DNA of 64,000 nucleotides, taken from assembly GCA_963847625.1 (NCBI GenBank), contig CAWKAR010000050.1, positions 64,001 through 128,000 of the forward strand. Reading direction: 5' to 3'. Under the pieces are notes generated by a model. The model saw nothing but the letters and a program-made list of their open reading frames with translations, was not told the origin of the DNA and made no database searches. The stretch comes from a candidate division FCPU426 bacterium (GTDB lineage: Bacteria > Oederibacteriota > Muellerivitia > Muellerivitales > Muellerivitaceae). The translations under genes were made by a program, and so were the position numbers. Shown piece after piece: positions 37,801 to 48,368 of the stretch; the first letter of the stretch is position 1, and each line of letters begins with the position of its first letter.

Positions 37801-40262
37801 CCCCCACGCCGACCGTGACGATAACGCCATCGCTTACGCCGACGAATACACCCACGAATACGCCGACCCGGACCCCGACGCCGACCGTGACAATAACGCC
37901 CTCGTATACGCCGACGAACACCCCGACAAAGACATCAACACCTACCCCTACCAATTCGCCTACCATCACCCCTTCGCCAACCCCGACGAACACGCCGACG
38001 AACAGCCCCACGGCGACCCTTACATCAACCGGGACTCAGTCACCCACTCCCACGTCGACCAACACGCTCACTCCCACTCGGACCCCGACACCCACGAATA
38101 CGCCAACAATCACGCCTTCGTTTACGCTGACAAATACGCTAACGAATACGTCAACTCCGACTCCGACTAACACGGCTACTTTGACACCAACTTTGACTCA
38201 AACCGATACGTCGACCCGCACTCCGACGCCAACTTTTACGAATACCCCTACCATGACGCTGACAACGACTCCAACCAGCACCTCAACCGACACTCCCACC
38301 TCGACTGACACCCCCAAATTCACGCTAACATTCACCTTCACCCCGACGATTACCAATACGCCGACGAATACATCGACGGAAACCGCAACCCTCACCCCGA
38401 CAAACACGCCGATCGATACCTTCACGCCGACGCCGAGCAACACAGCGACGAATACCAACACTCCCACCCCGACTCCGACCAACACGTTCACCTCGACGCC
38501 CACCCCGACTCCAACCAGCACTTCCACCGCCACACCCACTTCGACCAACACCCCTCCCTTCACGTATACGTTCACCCCAACCCCGACGAACACGCCGACG
38601 CCTACGAACACGCCGACGCCTACGAATACTTCTACCAATACCTACACGTCGACCCCAACCGCCACGTTCACCGACACCTCCACACCGACCAATACCAGCA
38701 CCCCCACGAATACGCCCACCGTCACTTCGACTTCCACGCTGACAAACACTCCCACCAACACCTACACGCCGACTTCCACATCCACAGCCACGAACACCTA
38801 CACGGCGACCAACACGAGGACTAACACCAATACGCCGACTTCGACCAACACCCTCACCAATACCTACACCTCGACACCCACCCGGACGCCCAGCAACACG
38901 CCGACTTCGACCAATACCCCGACCTCCACGTCCACATTCACTCCCACCAACACAATGACGCCGACTTTCACGAACACGGCGACGCCGACTCCCACCCCCG
39001 CGGCGGTGGTGACGCTGCAAAAGCAGGAATCGGAGTCGACTGGCACGTCAGGGGACCAGGTGACCTACACGCTGATGCTAAACGTGAGTAATAACACTGC
39101 GACTGGGCTGGTGGTGCAGGATGCCCTCCCTGCCAACTGCAGTTTCGTGACGTTCGGGGCCTCCCCGGCCAACACGTCAGCCTCGCTGAATGTGACAGGA
39201 GGCGTGACAGTGATGAACTGGGCTCTGCCCACCCTGGCACCAGGGAACTACCTTCTGACCTACATAGTTTCGATCAACAACTTCACGCAGGCGGGGCCGA
39301 TCACGAACTGCGCGGTGTGGACGTACCCGGGGACCGCACCCCAGACGGCCTGCGCGATACTGCAGGTGACGGGGAACTACACGGTGAAAGTGGGGGTGTA
39401 CAACGAGGCGGGGGAACTGGTGAAGGAACTGCTGGTGACGCAGTATTCCCAGCCTTTGGTGGACCTGCTATTGCAGAACGGGAACCTGATCAGCGGGTTG
39501 AACGACCCGGTATCGATCTACGACCTGAACCATGAGATCGGGGCCTGGAACGGGACGGACCAGAACGGGAACCCGGTGCCCAACGGGGATTACTACGTGA
39601 AAGTGGACAATATCGACTCGTTCGGGGTGGACAAGAGCGTGGTGTTGAACGTGGTGGTGAGCCGTTCGCTGGAGAAAGTGACGATCGACATCTACAACGA
39701 GGCAGGGGAGATCGTGCAGACGCTGTACAGCGTGGTGGAGGACCCGCAGGGGACGGTGATCACGGGGGTGAAGCTGTCAAGTACGGTATTGGAGCCCGGG
39801 TCGCCGACGGACGGGACGCTGGTGATCGCGACGAACAACGGGGTGACGACGGTATGGGACGGGCACGGGTCGGGGGGGACGGTGGTGCCCAACGGGAAAT
39901 ACTTCATCGAGGTGCACTCCACGGACGGGAAGGGCGGGGAGACGGTGATCATTACGTCGGTGGTGGTGGTGAACGGGGTGAAACAGGCGGCGCCGAGGGT
40001 GTGGGCATATCCGAACCCGGTGACGGGCGGAACGAGGCTGGTGACATTCCAGGGATCGGCGGCAGGGGTGAAGCTGACGGTAAAGATCTACGACGTGGCG
40101 GGCAAGCTGGTGACTGAACTCAATGGAGCGGGCGGGACGAGCCAGGCGACCTGGAACGCGGCGGGGATCGCCAGTGGCTTATACATCGCCAAGACCGAGC
40201 AGAGGGACGCCAACGGGTACCTGGTCGCCAGGCAGACCCTCAAGATCCTAGTGGAGCAGTGA
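34896..40262 (+). CDS. Giant secreted Thr/Pro-rich (mucin-like) protein: Cys-rich head, about 1000-aa stalk, DUF11-like domain, two FlgD-Ig-like domains, T9SS-like C-terminal domain
   Basis: Signal peptide; (TPT)n from about 36010 to 39000; [33 protein letters not shown] and [39 protein letters not shown]. Confidence 0.88.
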   Translation: MANQMFKKEFFSFSRSFSRALEISLALLGLLLLWEFPSQSWAQCTPSSAKICVSSDDWSQVYVGGVYLGQVAYCNWDGSGSCPPGCLTVATSLLTGSEVYISVYTQNTACNNLYASWDLDITCSNGQHSEITSGSGGVHMDYISSGNPTTPPATNWYATDYSTSGWGSPTQVSATSADCCWGQGIWNPVSGARVPYLSTDANGDYSTSNCNGALFFSQGVAIPASGTTLGPPAFTVGKAICSAASTQSGSNNISIGFCLTVCNTGGPATTSVTLVDTISQGYWQSTSLLSGGASVQNGNYIATEPYVNGVGGNQISVIWGEGFAGNSCVTFTEDAYDNNGLVNNQCTTATNNFTMGGKTSNTVTFNIPCYTNTFTPTHTFTYTPTPTYTLTHTYTPTVAMTPTFTHTNTFTNTFTATFTHTFTYTPTIAVTPTFTHTNTYTYTYTPTPTNTNTYTPTPAVTPTFTHTNTYTYTYTYTPTLTPTPTRSPTPTNTPTVSPTPTPTNTPTNTPTRTPTPTPTVSPTPTPTNTSTNTPTRTPTPTPTVSPTPTPTNTPTNTPTRTPTPTPTVSPTPTPTNTPTNTPTHTLTPTPTVSPTPTPTNTPTNTPTRTPTPTPTVSPTPTPTNTPTNTPTRTPTPTPTVSPTPTPTNTPTNTPTHTPTPTPTVSPTPTPTNTPTNTPTRTPTPTPTVSPTPTPTNTPTNTPTRTLTPTPTTTPTFTPTNTPTLTPTNTLTSTPTRTPTFTPTNTLTNTPTPTPTPTPTVSPTPTPTNTPTNTSTRTPTPTPTTTPTFTPTNTPTRTPTPTPTYTPTITPSPTPTNTPTNSPTPTHTPTGTQSPTPTSTNTFTPTRTPTPTNTPTITPTFTPTNTPTSTPTRTLTPTVTITPSLTPTNTPTSTPTRTPTLTVTITPSFTPTNTPTSTPTNTPTPTVTITPSFTPTNTPTSTPTRTPTPTLTITPSFTPTNTQTPTPTNTPTPTVTITPSLTPTNTPTNTPTRTPTPTVTITPSYTPTNTPTKTSTPTPTNSPTITPSPTPTNTPTNSPTATLTSTGTQSPTPTSTNTLTPTRTPTPTNTPTITPSFTLTNTLTNTSTPTPTNTATLTPTLTQTDTSTRTPTPTFTNTPTMTLTTTPTSTSTDTPTSTDTPKFTLTFTFTPTITNTPTNTSTETATLTPTNTPIDTFTPTPSNTATNTNTPTPTPTNTFTSTPTPTPTSTSTATPTSTNTPPFTYTFTPTPTNTPTPTNTPTPTNTSTNTYTSTPTATFTDTSTPTNTSTPTNTPTVTSTSTLTNTPTNTYTPTSTSTATNTYTATNTRTNTNTPTSTNTLTNTYTSTPTRTPSNTPTSTNTPTSTSTFTPTNTMTPTFTNTATPTPTPAAVVTLQKQESESTGTSGDQVTYTLMLNVSNNTATGLVVQDALPANCSFVTFGASPANTSASLNVTGGVTVMNWALPTLAPGNYLLTYIVSINNFTQAGPITNCAVWTYPGTAPQTACAILQVTGNYTVKVGVYNEAGELVKELLVTQYSQPLVDLLLQNGNLISGLNDPVSIYDLNHEIGAWNGTDQNGNPVPNGDYYVKVDNIDSFGVDKSVVLNVVVSRSLEKVTIDIYNEAGEIVQTLYSVVEDPQGTVITGVKLSSTVLEPGSPTDGTLVIATNNGVTTVWDGHGSGGTVVPNGKYFIEVHSTDGKGGETVIITSVVVVNGVKQAAPRVWAYPNPVTGGTRLVTFQGSAAGVKLTVKIYDVAGKLVTELNGAGGTSQATWNAAGIASGLYIAKTEQRDANGYLVARQTLKILVEQ
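36360..37250 (+). repeat. Coding 72-bp (24-aa [24 protein letters not shown]) tandem repeats
   Basis: About 10 near-identical units visible in DNA and protein. Confidence 0.85.
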
Positions 40263-40353
40263 GAGCAGACGAGCTCGTTCAATACAGCTTCGTTTATCCG
40301 ATTGAACCCTATAAAGGAATAAACATCAAAATCGTTTCACGGTGGCTTGTATC

Positions 40354-41655
40354 ATGAATAAAAAAGACCGGTTTTACGGAATCCTGGCCTTGGCGGCATC
40401 CGGCCTTCTTCTTTACGGAGGCTGCAGCCGGAACCTCCCCACGGCAGGCCCAACCTCCACCCCGCCTCCCGTAATTACCAGCAAAGCCACAAACTGCACG
40501 GTCTCCCAGGCGAACAACTGCCTGTCCTCCAACCTTTACAATTTTTACCAGTCCCAGTCCGGCAACATCTTTTTCTCACCCTTCAGCATCATCACGGCCC
40601 TGGCCATGGCCCAGGAAGGGGCGGTAGGCAACACCGCCACCCAGATGCAGAACGTGTTGAACTTAAGCAGCAACGCCGCCGTCCGGCAACAGGGTTTCCA
40701 GCAGTTGATCAGCGAGATCAACGCCCCGGGCAAGCATTACACCCTCGACACGGCCGATAACCTCTGGATCCAGCAGGGATTTCCCATCCTGGCTTCCTAT
40801 ATCAATACCTGCCAAACCTATTACGACGCGGGGGTTACTAACGTGGATTTCGCGGGGAATCCCTCGTCGGCCCTGCAGACGATCAACGGCGCCGTTTCGC
40901 AGGAGACGAAAGGGTACATCCCGGACCTATTAGGCGCCATTAGCCCGGATACAAGACTTGTCCTGACCAACGCGATCTATTTCAAGGGCACTTGGCTAAA
41001 CCAGTTTCCGGTGCCGGGAACCCTGCCGCAAACCTTCTATCTCACCTCGACGGCCACCGAATCCGTCAACATGATGCACGAGACCTTGTACGCCAACGTC
41101 GGGAGTTACAACGGGGCCGCCAGCGTGCTCGCCATCCCCTACCAGAACAACGAGGCTTCCATGTACGTTTTCCTCCCCCCGCAAGGGGGGATGGCGGCCC
41201 TGGAGGGGGCTTTGAGCGGGGACAACCTCAACTCCTGGCTGGCGGCCAACTCGGCGGCCATGACCGGCACCACGAACCAAAAAGTGGACTTGGCCCTACC
41301 CAAGTTCTCCTTCAAAACCAGTTATGACTTGACCGCCACCTTGTCGCAATTGGGGATGCCCTTGGCCTTCGCGCGCCCCGGTGGCGGAGCCGGGGCCGAT
41401 TTCTCGGGGATCGACGGGAATAAGGATTTGTATATTACGGACGTCGTCCACAAAGCCTATGTCGACGTGGATGAAACCGGCACGATCGCCGTCGCGGCGA
41501 CCGGGGTAGGGATTGGAGTAACATCGGTGGTGGTCTATCAACCGCCGCCCATACCCTTCATCGTCGACCATCCCTTCATTTTCATGCTCATCGAGAACAC
41601 CACGAACACGATCCTGTTCATGGGAAGGGTGAACGACCCGCTTTCCGCGAATTGA
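40354..41655 (+). CDS. Serpin (lipoprotein)
   Basis: Lipobox-like YGGC; NIFFSPFSI, LTNAIYFKGTW, LPKF, hinge ETGTIAVAAT, FIVDHPFIF, LFMGRV. Confidence 0.95.
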   Translation: MNKKDRFYGILALAASGLLLYGGCSRNLPTAGPTSTPPPVITSKATNCTVSQANNCLSSNLYNFYQSQSGNIFFSPFSIITALAMAQEGAVGNTATQMQNVLNLSSNAAVRQQGFQQLISEINAPGKHYTLDTADNLWIQQGFPILASYINTCQTYYDAGVTNVDFAGNPSSALQTINGAVSQETKGYIPDLLGAISPDTRLVLTNAIYFKGTWLNQFPVPGTLPQTFYLTSTATESVNMMHETLYANVGSYNGAASVLAIPYQNNEASMYVFLPPQGGMAALEGALSGDNLNSWLAANSAAMTGTTNQKVDLALPKFSFKTSYDLTATLSQLGMPLAFARPGGGAGADFSGIDGNKDLYITDVVHKAYVDVDETGTIAVAATGVGIGVTSVVVYQPPPIPFIVDHPFIFMLIENTTNTILFMGRVNDPLSAN

Positions 41656-41708
41656 CAGGCTTGGGAATTTTTTTCCCGGATGGATTCACCGCTGGGTAAA
41701 GTTCAGAG

Positions 41709-42095
41709 TTATTTCCGGATTGCGTGCATTTTCAATTCGGCCATTTTTACGGCGAAGGGTTCCCGGCCAATTTCCCGGATTTGACGGATACAAGCCGCCC
41801 GGTCGGAACGCGTGATGAGCCCGATCATCCGGGAAATGAAACTGTTGAATTTCTTGCAAAGCATCGGATCGGTGAACTCCCCGCACTCGGCGCAGGTGGA
41901 GATGCCCTTCTCCCCGCAGCATGCCCTCACTTTGCACCAGGAACGGCTCTCGGATTTTCCGCAACCCTGGCATTTTTCCCTCAAGTAGGCCCCGCAGGCA
42001 CCGCAGTAAAGCCCGCAACAAGCCACTAGCTCGGAACTCGCCGTCACTTTCCGCATTGAGTCGCGCCTTTCAGGGGTTATACCCGTTTCACCCAT
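41709..42095 (-). CDS. DUF3795-like Cys-rich protein
   Basis: CCGLYCGAC, CQGC, CKVRACC, TCAEC; start could be the ATG at 42056. Confidence 0.82.
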   Translation of the reverse strand: MGETGITPERRDSMRKVTASSELVACCGLYCGACGAYLREKCQGCGKSESRSWCKVRACCGEKGISTCAECGEFTDPMLCKKFNSFISRMIGLITRSDRAACIRQIREIGREPFAVKMAELKMHAIRK

Positions 42096-42329
42096 AGGTC
42101 CAAGGATTCATCTTGGTTCGCCCTCGCCCTAGACGCATCTATTTTCTTGACCTGTTCAATGATAGGCGCTCAGGGCTGGAAAGGCCAAAGTAAAACACTT
42201 CAAAATCCAACGAACAGTTTGTGATCCGTTAAAACGTTCTTAGCTGGAAATAAAAAAAGCCCCCAAACCTTGCGGTCCAGGGGCTGATAGGCCGCCGTTA
42301 TTGGGGCGGCCTGGTTTTAGAAAGAGAGG

Positions 42330-42545
42330 TTACTTCGCGGCAGGTGTGGCTGGAGCCGCTGCTGGCTTTGCGGCTTCCTTTTTCGCTTTCTTAACGGCTT
42401 TCTTGATTTTCTTGACGTGTGTCTTGTGCATCTTTAACGTCTTTACCGCCGGGGCGGGTGTAGAAGCAGCGGGTGTGTCGGCCAGAACCAATCCGGTGCT
42501 TCCCAAGAACAACACGGTCATCAAAGTCAGAACGATCTTTTTCAT
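42330..42545 (-). CDS. Small secreted Lys/Ala-rich low-complexity protein
   Basis: Signal peptide, GGAGG RBS, terminator-like hairpin at about 42252-42285. Confidence 0.75.
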   Translation of the reverse strand: MKKIVLTLMTVLFLGSTGLVLADTPAASTPAPAVKTLKMHKTHVKKIKKAVKKAKKEAAKPAAAPATPAAK

Positions 42546-42818
42546 CTAAGTCCTCCAGAACCTTTCGGTTTATTTTTGGGTTGAATTACTTCCCGTCATA
42601 TAAGACGAGGGGGTGGGATAAAAAGTTTCAGCCGAAACAAGGGGTTTTTGGGGTTTTCTTTGTTTGGTTGAAAACGGAGGCTGTGGGAAGCTGTTAAAAT
42701 CGAAAAACGGATGAGGACTTATTTTCAATGCACTCATGAAATACCGTAAATAAAATAAGATCACAGACCCATTTTGTGTTTACTTATAATGGAAATAAAT
42801 CCATTCAAAGAGTCCCTC

Positions 42819-44120
42819 GTGCCTGAAGAAAACATCCAGCGCAAACTTACCGCCATCATGTTCACGGATATCGTGGGCTACAGCAAAATGATGGGGGAGG
42901 ACGAGGCCGGCTCCCTCGCCTTCCTGAGATTCCATAACAGCCTTCTCCAGGGGGAAATCGAAAGAAATGGCGGCCGGGTCATCAAGACCGTGGGGGACGC
43001 CTTCCTGGCCGACTTCGGAAGCGCGGTCAACGCCGTGCGCTGCGCGGTTTCCATCCAAAAACAACTCCACGAATACAACCTGGATTTCACCCGCTCCAGC
43101 GGCAAGAACCGGCAGGTGCGCATCGGCATCCACATCGGCGATGTGGTCATGAGGGACAACGACATCTTCGGGGACGGGGTCAACATCGCGGCGCGCCTCC
43201 AACCCATCGCCGAGCCCGGCGGCATATGCATTTCCCAGGATGTCTATAACCACATCAAAAACCAGGTGGAATTCCACGCGGTTGCCTTGGGGCCCCACGA
43301 ACTCAAGAACATCTCCCAAAAGATCGAGATTTATAAAATCGTCATGGAGGTCATGGGGGGTTCGCGTTTCGTCGCGCCGCCCGCCCCGGTGGAAGAAAAA
43401 ATCCCAGCGGCCCGGAACGTGCCCGTCGCGTGGATTTTGGTCGGGATACTCCTGGGAGCCCTGGCGGCCGTCGCCTGGTTTTCCTTCCGGCCGGGGCAAG
43501 CCGTTCCTCAGGCAAGAGCCGGGATCCATCCCTTCTATGTGCCCAACCAACCCGGCGGCCGTTACGACCCCGGAGGAAGCCCTGGTAACCAGATTGATCG
43601 AGCCGCGAACGGCACACTCACCTTTCATTACGACACGGGCACGGCAGGAAGCGGAGTCACGATCTATCCCAACCGGGGCCCTTTTGTCGGGGATAAATAT
43701 GTGGACGCCGGGACTTGCGACATGGTGAGGTTCCTCGTTTGGGCGCCTTCGGGGCTTCAGTTCCAGTTTTCTGTTAACGAAGCGGGCGTGGGAGCCCCCG
43801 GCTCACCCTCCTACCCGGGGGTGAACGGTTCCGATGGGGAGCAATACAGGAGCCCCACCCAGTCCGGAACCGGAGGTTGGCGGATGTATGATCTCAAACT
43901 GTCTGATTTCTCGCCCAGCACCGTTTGGGGAAACCAATCCGGAAACAAGGTGTTGGATTTGAAGGGCATCGAATCCGTGGAGATGGATTTGATAGGGAAC
44001 CAGGGGACAGGGGATATCCGGATCAGGAATATCCTGTTTTCCTTGTACTCCAAAAGGGGCGAGGTCCACCCGGTGTCGCGAGGGGAGGGACAACGGTATA
44101 TTCCGGCCAGAAGCCGGTAA
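42819..44120 (+). CDS. Class III adenylate cyclase with TM helix and C-terminal carbohydrate-binding-like (CBM11/jelly-roll) domain
   Basis: FTDIVGYS, KTVGDA, RIGIHIGD, DIFGDGVNIAARL; TM WILVGILLGALAAVAWF; DGEQY..GWRMYDLKLSDF..WG; start may be the ATG at 42789. Confidence 0.85.
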   Translation: MPEENIQRKLTAIMFTDIVGYSKMMGEDEAGSLAFLRFHNSLLQGEIERNGGRVIKTVGDAFLADFGSAVNAVRCAVSIQKQLHEYNLDFTRSSGKNRQVRIGIHIGDVVMRDNDIFGDGVNIAARLQPIAEPGGICISQDVYNHIKNQVEFHAVALGPHELKNISQKIEIYKIVMEVMGGSRFVAPPAPVEEKIPAARNVPVAWILVGILLGALAAVAWFSFRPGQAVPQARAGIHPFYVPNQPGGRYDPGGSPGNQIDRAANGTLTFHYDTGTAGSGVTIYPNRGPFVGDKYVDAGTCDMVRFLVWAPSGLQFQFSVNEAGVGAPGSPSYPGVNGSDGEQYRSPTQSGTGGWRMYDLKLSDFSPSTVWGNQSGNKVLDLKGIESVEMDLIGNQGTGDIRIRNILFSLYSKRGEVHPVSRGEGQRYIPARSR

Positions 44121-44300
44121 AATCCGGGACTTTCCTGTTTTCTCGAAAAAACCTTCCAAAATCCTTAACCGCTGCGATTAGAAATAACCCATTCTCGTCA
44201 TTATCAAACACACAACCATGGGCAACTAACTAAAAAGCCCGCCCATTCAATAGTATTATTCCCGGGGCATGGGCCGGAATGACGGTAAAAGAGAAGCCGG

Positions 44301-44675
44301 TCAGCTGGGGGTTTTAGGACTCGCGGGAGTGGAAGCAGGCGTGGCGGCGGCGGTGGGGGGAGCATTGGTGGTACGGGTCATCACCAACTGGTGGGTTTCG
44401 AACTGTTTGGTGTTTTCCACCATGATCTCAACGGAATCGATGGAGGTCCAGGGAGCGAAATACAGGCGATGATCGGTGTCTTTTTCCCTCGGGACTTCCC
44501 GGAGAGAGATCGTGTCGGCTTTTTCCGTGAAGAACCGGCCCCAAAGCCAAAGACCGGTTTCATCGCGTTGAAGAACCTGGCCCCGAAAAATAGGTGTTTC
44601 CGCCTTGCCTCCGCCGGGCCTAGCTTCCTTCCAAATCACCCGGACGTGATGGCCGACCAACTGGTAATCCGACAT
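44301..44675 (-). CDS. Hypothetical protein
   Basis: AAGGAG RBS, 124 aa, protein-like composition. Confidence 0.7.
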   Translation of the reverse strand: MSDYQLVGHHVRVIWKEARPGGGKAETPIFRGQVLQRDETGLWLWGRFFTEKADTISLREVPREKDTDHRLYFAPWTSIDSVEIMVENTKQFETHQLVMTRTTNAPPTAAATPASTPASPKTPS

Positions 44676-45021
44676 GGATTCTCCTTGGAATACAGGGATT
44701 TAAATTCTTGGTTTTGAATGCCTGATGACATTCAGGATAGGCGCTTCACCTTGAATTGACAACGTGTAAGCTTTCAGGGTGTCGTTGCTGATGGAAAAAA
44801 ACGGGGTTGTCGTTCCCATAAGGAAACAAACCCTTAACCTTGTGACATTGTCATAAATGATCCCGGCTCTTCTGCCGAGAATTTGACTACCGGCGGGTGT
44901 TTTGGCCCGTTATCCACGCTTTCCGGAAAATCCAGGCTATAATCCGGAATGATTGAAAACTTGCCAATCCGGTCTTAAATTTTCTTAACCCATTTAAACC
45001 GGGTGAGTTATGAAGGTAAAC

Positions 45022-46176
45022 ATGGCCTCAAAAAAAGATTATTACGATTTATTGGGCGTTTCACGAAACGCCAGTGCGGATGAGATTAAGAAAGCGTTCA
45101 GGGCCCTCGCCAAGAAATATCATCCAGACGCCAATCCCAATAACAAAGACGCCGAGGAAAAGTTCAAGGAAATCAACGAGGCTTATGAGGTGTTGTCCGA
45201 CCCCAAAAAGAAATCGGCTTACGACCAGTTTGGGCACGCCGGGGCAGGGGGTTTTTCCGGCGGTTACGGAGGCGGTTATCGCCCGCAAGATCCCGGAAAC
45301 GCCGCCGATGCCGAGGATATATTCGGCGATGTTTTCAGTAGTTTTTTCGGCGGGGGCGGGGGCGTCCGCGCGGGTCCATCCCGGAGCCGAGCTGAAGCGG
45401 GGGAGGACCTTCGCTTTGACTTGGGGCTTACCTTTGAGGAAGCGGCTTTTGGAACCACCCGCGAGATCAAAATCCGCAAATTGGCGGCATGCGACGTTTG
45501 CCATGGTTCCGGGGCGACGGCCGGTTCTGGGCGCGTGGTTTGCCCGGATTGCAAAGGGACAGGCCAGATCCGCCAATCCCAGGGGTTTTTCACTACCGCC
45601 AGGACTTGCGGCCGCTGCGGGGGCCAAGGGGAGACGCCGGGAACCCCTTGCCCGAACTGCCGGGGACAGGGGCGGCTGGAAAAAGACCGGGTGGTTACGG
45701 TGAAAGTCCCCGCGGGGGTGGAAGAGGGCGCCCGCCTCAGGATTCGCGGCGAGGGGGAAGCGGGCCAAAACGGCGGCCCGGCAGGGGATCTTTTCGTGTA
45801 TCTTCATATCCAAAAGCATGATTTCTTCACAAGGGATGGAAGCGACCTTCATTGTGAAATCCCCATTACTTTTATCCAGGCTGCGTTGGGCACTGAAATA
45901 GAAGTCCCCACCTTGGAAGGGCCGGTCAAAATGGTGATACCGGCGGGGACCCAATCCGGCAAAATCTTCCGCTTGAGGGAAAAAGGATTGAGGAATCCGC
46001 AAGACCACGGCTTGGGGAATTTATACGTGAAGGTCATGATGGAGGTGCCGACGAACCTGAATCCCGAGCAAAGGAAACAGTTGGAGACATTTGGGGCCAT
46101 GACCAACGAAAGCAATACGCCCCTGATTGCCGGATTCATGAATAAAATGAAGAGGTTTTTTTACCGCAATAATTGA
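45022..46176 (+). CDS. dnaJ: Chaperone DnaJ
   Basis: J-domain HPD, G/F region, CxxCxGxG repeats, C-terminal substrate-binding domain. Confidence 0.96.
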   Translation: MASKKDYYDLLGVSRNASADEIKKAFRALAKKYHPDANPNNKDAEEKFKEINEAYEVLSDPKKKSAYDQFGHAGAGGFSGGYGGGYRPQDPGNAADAEDIFGDVFSSFFGGGGGVRAGPSRSRAEAGEDLRFDLGLTFEEAAFGTTREIKIRKLAACDVCHGSGATAGSGRVVCPDCKGTGQIRQSQGFFTTARTCGRCGGQGETPGTPCPNCRGQGRLEKDRVVTVKVPAGVEEGARLRIRGEGEAGQNGGPAGDLFVYLHIQKHDFFTRDGSDLHCEIPITFIQAALGTEIEVPTLEGPVKMVIPAGTQSGKIFRLREKGLRNPQDHGLGNLYVKVMMEVPTNLNPEQRKQLETFGAMTNESNTPLIAGFMNKMKRFFYRNN

Positions 46177-46291
46177 ATTTAGTTCCTCCGACCTGTTGCT
46201 TCAATAATTCATATCGAACTTTTGTAAAGGGTTATTCCTCGTTTAAAATACAGACGCGGGTTTGATCCTAACTTTTTGTCCTGGAGGCCTT

Positions 46292-46968
46292 ATGAAAATC
46301 CTGCGCTTCTTCCTATGGTTATTTCTCTTATTCCCGGCGGTTGCCGCCAGGCCCGCTTCGGCGGCGGACGGGGCCGTGGTCGCCCTGCCCGCGCCCAAGA
46401 CCGACGGCAAGGTTTCACTTGAGAAGGCGCTCCAAAAACGCCGGTCGCTGAGGGAATTCTCAGCGGCGCCGCTCTCGCTCTCGGAAATCGGCCAGCTTTG
46501 CTGGGCCGCGCAGGGCACCACCGATTCCCAGGGCCACCGCACCGCGCCCTCGGCCAGGGCCCTCTACCCGCTCGAGCTTTACGTCATCGCGGCCTCGGTG
46601 AATGGCTTCCCCCCGGCCTCTACCGTTACGAGACCGCCGGGCATTCCCTCCGGGCGGTTAAAACCGGCGATATCCGGGATGAATTCGTGAATAAGGCCAT
46701 TGGGCAGGATTGGATCACTCAGGCTCCGGCCGTCTTCGTTATTACGGGCAAGGCCGCGAAAATGGCGGGGATGAAGGAACGAGGGAAACAATTCATGGCT
46801 GTGGAGACAGGGCTTGCTGCGCAGGGATTGCTCCTGGAGGAAACGGCCCTGGGGCTCGGCGGCACTTTTGTCGGCGGCTTCGACCCCTCCAAGGCGCGCG
46901 CGGTGCTCGGCCTCCCGGCGGAGGAAGAGGTGTTGGCCGTGCTTCCGGTGGGGAACAGGCCCAAGTAA
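46292..46968 (+). pseudogene. SagB/ThcOx-family nitroreductase-like protein, frameshifted near 46607-46614
   Basis: First frame has [27 protein letters not shown]; second frame continues [23 protein letters not shown]; break at TTCCCCCC. Confidence 0.8.
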
Positions 46969-47041
46969 GGAGAAGTCCCAGGTGTTTTCGATTTAAAGTG
47001 GGATGACCGTCTTGAAACAATCCATTAAAGAGGTAGGTCTT

Positions 47042-47407
47042 ATGCCAAAACTCTTGAAATCCCCGGCTGTGGTTCAATCGGTTGGGAACAAACCTAAACG
47101 GATCGAGGAATTCGTCGGCCGGGTCAATAACGGCACTCCGCAAGTCAGCATCGCCCGCATGGTAAGCCCCGGCGGCTGGGCCGAGCCAGGGCAAACCCCT
47201 GAATTCAACGAGTACACCCTGGTGCTGAAAGGCGGCTTAAGGTTGGAGACGAAGACGGGAACTTTGGAAGTGGGCCCGGGACAGGCCGTGATGGTGGAAA
47301 AGGGGGAGTGGGTCCGTTACAGCACGCCTAACCCCGAAGGAGCCGAGTATGTCTCGGTCTGCCTGCCGGCTTTCGGACCTGATCTAGTCCACCGCGATCC
47401 AGTCTAG
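47042..47407 (+). CDS. Cupin (EutQ-like) protein
   Basis: NKPKRIEEFVGRVN, PGQTPEFNEYT, EWVRYSTP. Confidence 0.85.
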   Translation: MPKLLKSPAVVQSVGNKPKRIEEFVGRVNNGTPQVSIARMVSPGGWAEPGQTPEFNEYTLVLKGGLRLETKTGTLEVGPGQAVMVEKGEWVRYSTPNPEGAEYVSVCLPAFGPDLVHRDPV

Positions 47408-47542
47408 GATCCCTTAAGTTATAGAGTCGGCAAGGAATTAAGAATAAAAGGATTGTCCAATCCGGGAACCCGCGTTGGACAAAGGTACAGCACATAAGAA
47501 AACTTAACATTCTAAGAATCTTCAATTTGGACGGAATTTCTA

Positions 47543-48235
47543 ATGGCCCTTAAAGCCGTTATCTTTGATTTATTCGGGACATTGGTTTTCGATAAATTCT
47601 CCGGTAAGAAGTTCCCGCTTTTCCTTTCTCGTCAGGCGGCCCTATTAAATTTAAAAGAAGCTGAATTCTCATCCCTTTGGCTGGCCTCTTACCAGGATAG
47701 GGCCCTTGGAAAATTTGAAACCCTTCAGGACAACTTGCGGTGGATTGGGAACCAGCTGGGGCAGCCCTTGGATCCTCCGGCTGTTGAAGATTCGGCTACG
47801 GCCATCGTGGAATTAACCCGGCAAGCATTGGCACCCCGCGCCCAGGCTGTTGAAGTCCTCTACCAAATACGGCTTATGGGGTTCAAAACAGGCTTGATCT
47901 CGGATTGCGGACCGGCTGTCCCCCTTGTCTGGAAAGAAACGTCTTTCGCGGGACTATTCGACGCCACCGTTTTTTCCTGCCGGGAAGGGCTGAAAAAACC
48001 CGACCCAAAGTTTTATCAAATTATCCTGGAACGCCTGGGTGTTCCGGCCCGAGAATGTCTTTACGTTGGGGATGGTCACAGCGGGGAATTGGAAGGCGCG
48101 AAGGGAATGGGGATGAAGCCCGCCCTCATTTGGAGCGCCATCGACCCCGGCGAATCAGAACGGTTGATAGTGAAAGATTGGCAAGGGGCCACTTTGGTAT
48201 CCTTGCCGGAAGTGGTATCTCTTCTGGGCTCGTAA
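47543..48235 (+). CDS. HAD-superfamily hydrolase
   Basis: IFDLFGTL, KPDP, YVGDG..ELEGA. Confidence 0.9.
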   Translation: MALKAVIFDLFGTLVFDKFSGKKFPLFLSRQAALLNLKEAEFSSLWLASYQDRALGKFETLQDNLRWIGNQLGQPLDPPAVEDSATAIVELTRQALAPRAQAVEVLYQIRLMGFKTGLISDCGPAVPLVWKETSFAGLFDATVFSCREGLKKPDPKFYQIILERLGVPARECLYVGDGHSGELEGAKGMGMKPALIWSAIDPGESERLIVKDWQGATLVSLPEVVSLLGS

Positions 48236-48368
48236 TGACCCGGGGATTTCATGTCCGCGACGGAGACCCATCGTGGCCAACCCCCAAAGCCAATCCCGAG
48301 CGTCAAAAGCTTGATATGCGTTAGAATGTCAATCTTCAACTATCCAGACTTGAGGGAATTGAACCCCC

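Noticed and set aside
35706..39046. Val/Gly- and Arg/Gly-rich minus-strand ORFs
   Set aside because: Antisense translations of the Thr/Pro repeats
44700..45020. CIRCE heat-shock operator upstream of dnaJ
   Set aside because: No TTAGCACTC-N9-GAGTGCTAA; only an unassigned palindrome TTGTGACATTGTCATAA near 44840
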